Shown here: piece after piece, positions 61,471-64,000 of the stretch
Position numbering within the stretch: the first letter of the stretch is position 1
How the letters are laid out: each line of letters begins with the position of its first letter
Assembly: GCA_035693225.1 (NCBI GenBank)
Contig: DASSGV010000025.1
Location: 21,814 to 85,813, forward strand
From: Gemmatimonadales bacterium
GTDB taxonomy: Bacteria; Gemmatimonadota; Gemmatimonadetes; Gemmatimonadales; GWC2-71-9
Length of the DNA stretch: 64,000 bases
Direction of reading: 5' to 3'
Notes under the pieces: model-generated
Told to the model about the DNA's origin: nothing
What the model saw: the letters and a program-made list of their open reading frames with translations, nothing else
The model's database searches: none
Program-made: the position numbers and the translations under genes

Positions 61471-63293
61471 GCTGTCCCATCCCGGGACGGGGTGCCGTCC
61501 TCCACCTGCCAGAACAGGGCCCACGCCCCTTCGCCGACGTGGGTGCCGAGCACCCCGGTGGCGAGCGCCACGATGCAGTCCTTGGGGCGATACGCCGCCA
61601 GCAGCGCTGTCCGCACCCGTTCGGCCATCTCCGGCGCATTGGCGTGGACCACGCCGAACCGCACCGCCGTCGGCCGTTGCGCCAGCCTTCGCTCCAGGAG
61701 CGACAGCACCTTCGGCACCACGTTGTCGCGGCCGCGGACCCGGTCCACGGGAACCACGCGCCCGGCATCATCCAGCCCGAGGATCGGCTTCACGTCCAGC
61801 ATCCCCGCCAGCCAGGCCCGACCCTTCGTGACGCGCCCCGACCGGATGAGGTTGTCGAATCGGTCCACGGTGATGAAACACCCCGACCGCTCCCGGATCC
61901 GCTCCAGTTCGGTCACGATCTCCGCACCGGTCCATCCCGACTCCGCGAGTTCCGCCCCCCGCAGTGCGAGGAGCCCCACCCCCAGCGATGCGGAACGGCT
62001 GTCCACCAGGTGGATCCCTCCCAGCTGGGCGGCCTTGACCGCCGCCTGCCCCGACTGGAAGGTGCCGGAGAGCCCGGTGGAAAGGAGCACCGCCACCGCT
62101 TCATCGGCGCCGGTCCGCGCATCCCGGAACGCCTGCAGGAAATCGGCGGGGGTCGGCTGGCTGGTGGTCGGCAGCACCCGGGCCTGACGGAGCCGGCGAT
62201 AGAACTCCTCGGGCTTGAGCTCGATCCGGTCCTTGAACGTCTCATCTCCGAACATCACCTGCAGCGGCACCAGGGCGATGTGATGGCGGTCGAGGACCGC
62301 GTCGGGAAGATCGGCGGAGCTGTCGGTGATGATGGCCACCGGCCGGACATCCCCGTGGGCCAGCTTCCGGTGCTGCGCCCGCATATCCTCGGCCTTGGTG
62401 CTCTGCACCGCGCCCCATCGGGCCGCGTAGGTAAAGACGGCATCGGGGGTGTCGGTGTGCACATGCACCTTGAGGAGATCGGCGGCGACGACCACCACGA
62501 TCGATCCGCCGAAGCTCCGCATCGCGGCGCGCACGTCGTTGGTGGCCGGGAGCTGTTCGCCCCGGACCAGGAACTCGGTGCAGAACTGGAAGTCGCGTTC
62601 GGCGGCGACGGCGGCGTGTGCCGCCGGGGCAAAGTCAGGTGCACTGGCCCCGAGGGGGGCTGCGGGCAGGATCGGATTGCCCTCCAGGAGCCGTACGACA
62701 CCCTCGAACATCAGGACAAATCCCTTGGCACCGGCATCGACCACGCCGGCCTCGCGGAGCACCGCGAGGAGCTCCGGCGTCCGCGCCAGGGAGGCCTCTC
62801 CTTCGGCGAGGGTCCGGCGCATGAACGTCAGGACGTCGTCGGTGGTCGGAGCGGCGCGGAGGGCGGCCGCGGCGGCCTCGCGGGCCACGGTGAGGAGGGT
62901 GCCCTCCCGCGGCTCGTCGAGCGACGCCTCGAGGTGGGCGGCACCGGCCTCAAGGCATCCGGCGATGTCGATGGTCGAGAGTTCGGTGCGGGTGCCGCTA
63001 TGCTCGGCAAAGCCAAGCAGGAAGTGCGCCAGCATCATCCCCGAGTTGCCGCGGGCGCCGAGGACCGCGCCGCGCGACATGGCCTGGACGGTGGCCGGAA
63101 GCGGCGCGTCGCCGAGGGCCCGGAGGGCGTCGGCGACGGAACGGAGTGTCAGGGTGAAGTTGGTGCCGGTGTCCCCGTCGGGGACGGGGAAGACGTTGAT
63201 CCGGTTGATCTCCTCGCGCCGTCCCGCGACCCAGTCGCTGGCCGCGAAGAGCCCGCGGGCGAGCCGCGGACCGTCGACGTAGGTGAGCCCCAA
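61467..63293 (-). CDS. Dak2/DhaL-domain (FakA-like N-terminal and central regions) fused to a full DegV (FakB-like) domain
   Basis: DGDTGTN and ARGNSG (Dak2). FCTEFLV...KVHVHT (FakA central region). Then VAIITDSSADLP, TSQPTP, LSGTFQS and DSRSASLG (DegV). Confidence 0.8.
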   Translation of the reverse strand: MGLTYVDGPRLARGLFAASDWVAGRREEINRINVFPVPDGDTGTNFTLTLRSVADALRALGDAPLPATVQAMSRGAVLGARGNSGMMLAHFLLGFAEHSGTRTELSTIDIAGCLEAGAAHLEASLDEPREGTLLTVAREAAAAALRAAPTTDDVLTFMRRTLAEGEASLARTPELLAVLREAGVVDAGAKGFVLMFEGVVRLLEGNPILPAAPLGASAPDFAPAAHAAVAAERDFQFCTEFLVRGEQLPATNDVRAAMRSFGGSIVVVVAADLLKVHVHTDTPDAVFTYAARWGAVQSTKAEDMRAQHRKLAHGDVRPVAIITDSSADLPDAVLDRHHIALVPLQVMFGDETFKDRIELKPEEFYRRLRQARVLPTTSQPTPADFLQAFRDARTGADEAVAVLLSTGLSGTFQSGQAAVKAAQLGGIHLVDSRSASLGVGLLALRGAELAESGWTGAEIVTELERIRERSGCFITVDRFDNLIRSGRVTKGRAWLAGMLDVKPILGLDDAGRVVPVDRVRGRDNVVPKVLSLLERRLAQRPTAVRFGVVHANAPEMAERVRTALLAAYRPKDCIVALATGVLGTHVGEGAWALFWQVEDGTPSRDGTA

Positions 63294-63296
63294 GCG

Positions 63297-63740
63297 TCAG
63301 CCCTGGACCACCGAGACCCGGATCTCCGCCACCACGTCGGGGTGCAGCTTGAGCGGGACCATATGGTCGCCCAAGGTCTTGATGGGGTGCTCGAGTTCGA
63401 TCTTCCGCTTGTCGACCGCGTGGCCGAGCTTGGCGAGCCCCTCGGCGATGTCGTGCGCGGTGATCGACCCGAAGAGGCGGCCTTCCTCCCCCGCCTTGCC
63501 GATGAGCGTCACGACCCTGGCGTGGAGCTCGGCCGCCAGCGCCTCCGCCCCCGAGCGTTCGGCGGCGAGCCGGGTGGTGCGCGCCTTCGACTCGGCGGCC
63601 ATCCGCTTCTTGTTCCCCTCGGTGGCCTCATAGGCCAGGCCGCGGGGGAGGAGGTAGTTGCGGGCGTAGCCGACCTTCACCTTGACGAGCTCGCCGGCCT
63701 TGCCCAGCGCCTTCACGTCCTCGCGAAGAATCACTTCCAT
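63297..63740 (-). CDS. rplI: 50S ribosomal protein L9
   Basis: MEVILREDVKALGKAGELVKVKVGYARNYLLPRG. GGAGG lies 5 nt upstream of ATG 63740. The track ORF is over-extended. Confidence 0.9.
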   Translation of the reverse strand: MEVILREDVKALGKAGELVKVKVGYARNYLLPRGLAYEATEGNKKRMAAESKARTTRLAAERSGAEALAAELHARVVTLIGKAGEEGRLFGSITAHDIAEGLAKLGHAVDKRKIELEHPIKTLGDHMVPLKLHPDVVAEIRVSVVQG

Positions 63741-63741
63741 C

Positions 63742-64000
63742 TCAGCCTCCCTGTGCGGCGGCCTTGCGCCGCCGGAAATCGACCCAGGTATCGGCGAGCC
63801 CGATGCCAAAGAGCCCGGCCACGACGAACACCAGCAACACCACCGCCATCACCACCAGCGCCGTCCGGGTAAGACCCGGCAGCTTCCGGAGCGCCGGCCA
63901 CATCACCGCCAAGCCGCGGGCGGCATAGAGCAGACTCATCACCAGCAGGACGTTGGCCGGTCCCACCGAGGCGGCGAGGAAACCCGACGACTGCGCCAGC
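63742..64000 (-). CDS. Polytopic membrane protein, 3' part only (possibly DUF2232/YybS-like); continues beyond the window
   Basis: The frame stays open to the window edge. Hydrophobic helices are present. Its position immediately upstream of rplI parallels yybS in other bacteria. Confidence 0.45.
   Translation of the reverse strand, partial: LAQSSGFLAASVGPANVLLVMSLLYAARGLAVMWPALRKLPGLTRTALVVMAVVLLVFVVAGLFGIGLADTWVDFRRRKAAAQGG

Noticed and set aside
61106-61771. 5' part of the 1283-aa ORF 57920..61771, suggesting an even larger outer-membrane protein.
   Set aside because: This segment is antisense or out of frame relative to rsfS and the end of the Dak2-DegV gene, and it is low-complexity. 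A clear signal peptide begins at MKGTAMRSTQKLLALLLL (61105).
61455-63872. 805-aa plus-strand ORF, the longest unexplained ORF in the track.
   Set aside because: It lies antisense to well-supported genes (the Dak2-DegV fusion and rplI). Its translation is Arg/Gly/Pro/Ala-rich low-complexity sequence with no motifs. This is a typical shadow ORF of a ~70% GC genome.

Overview
This is a 64-kb, roughly 70% GC, very gene-dense chromosomal segment with about 60 CDS. It comes from a diderm bacterium, shown by TolC, LolA-like, Omp85 and Mla-type genes. The overall protein flavour suggests a Gemmatimonadota-like lineage, but that is inference only. Content is mostly housekeeping: grpE-dnaJ, ppk1, mnmA plus a cysteine desulfurase, murB, comM, a DUF47-PiT pair, an ECF sigma/anti-sigma pair, arfB, a sigma-70 factor, the rpmE-prfA-prmC-tmk-ctp operon, DAHP synthase, smc, rsfS and rplI. 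There is also a MacAB-TolC-type efflux operon. I saw no rRNA, tRNA, CRISPR array, transposase, integrase or recognisable defence genes. Most of the long ORFs in the track are antisense shadow ORFs of a high-GC genome, and several track ORFs are fusions or 5' over-extensions that I trimmed. Many gene junctions are 1- or 4-nt start/stop overlaps. The items most worth a second look are listed here.
1. A five-gene, translationally coupled MCE/Mla-like module whose MlaF homologue has lost every ATPase motif and which ends in a GAF/HD-GYP phosphodiesterase. This is my best candidate for an undescribed system.
2. A family of intergenic hairpin elements built from inverted arrays of 7-bp GGTGAAC units, which donate the stop codon of the upstream gene. 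A 10-bp purine/pyrimidine tandem array lies nearby.
3. A protein combining a peptidase-MA domain, a PD40 propeller and an Omp85 barrel.
4. A Dak2-DegV (FakA-FakB-like) fusion.
All family calls rest on motif recognition by eye; no database search was possible.
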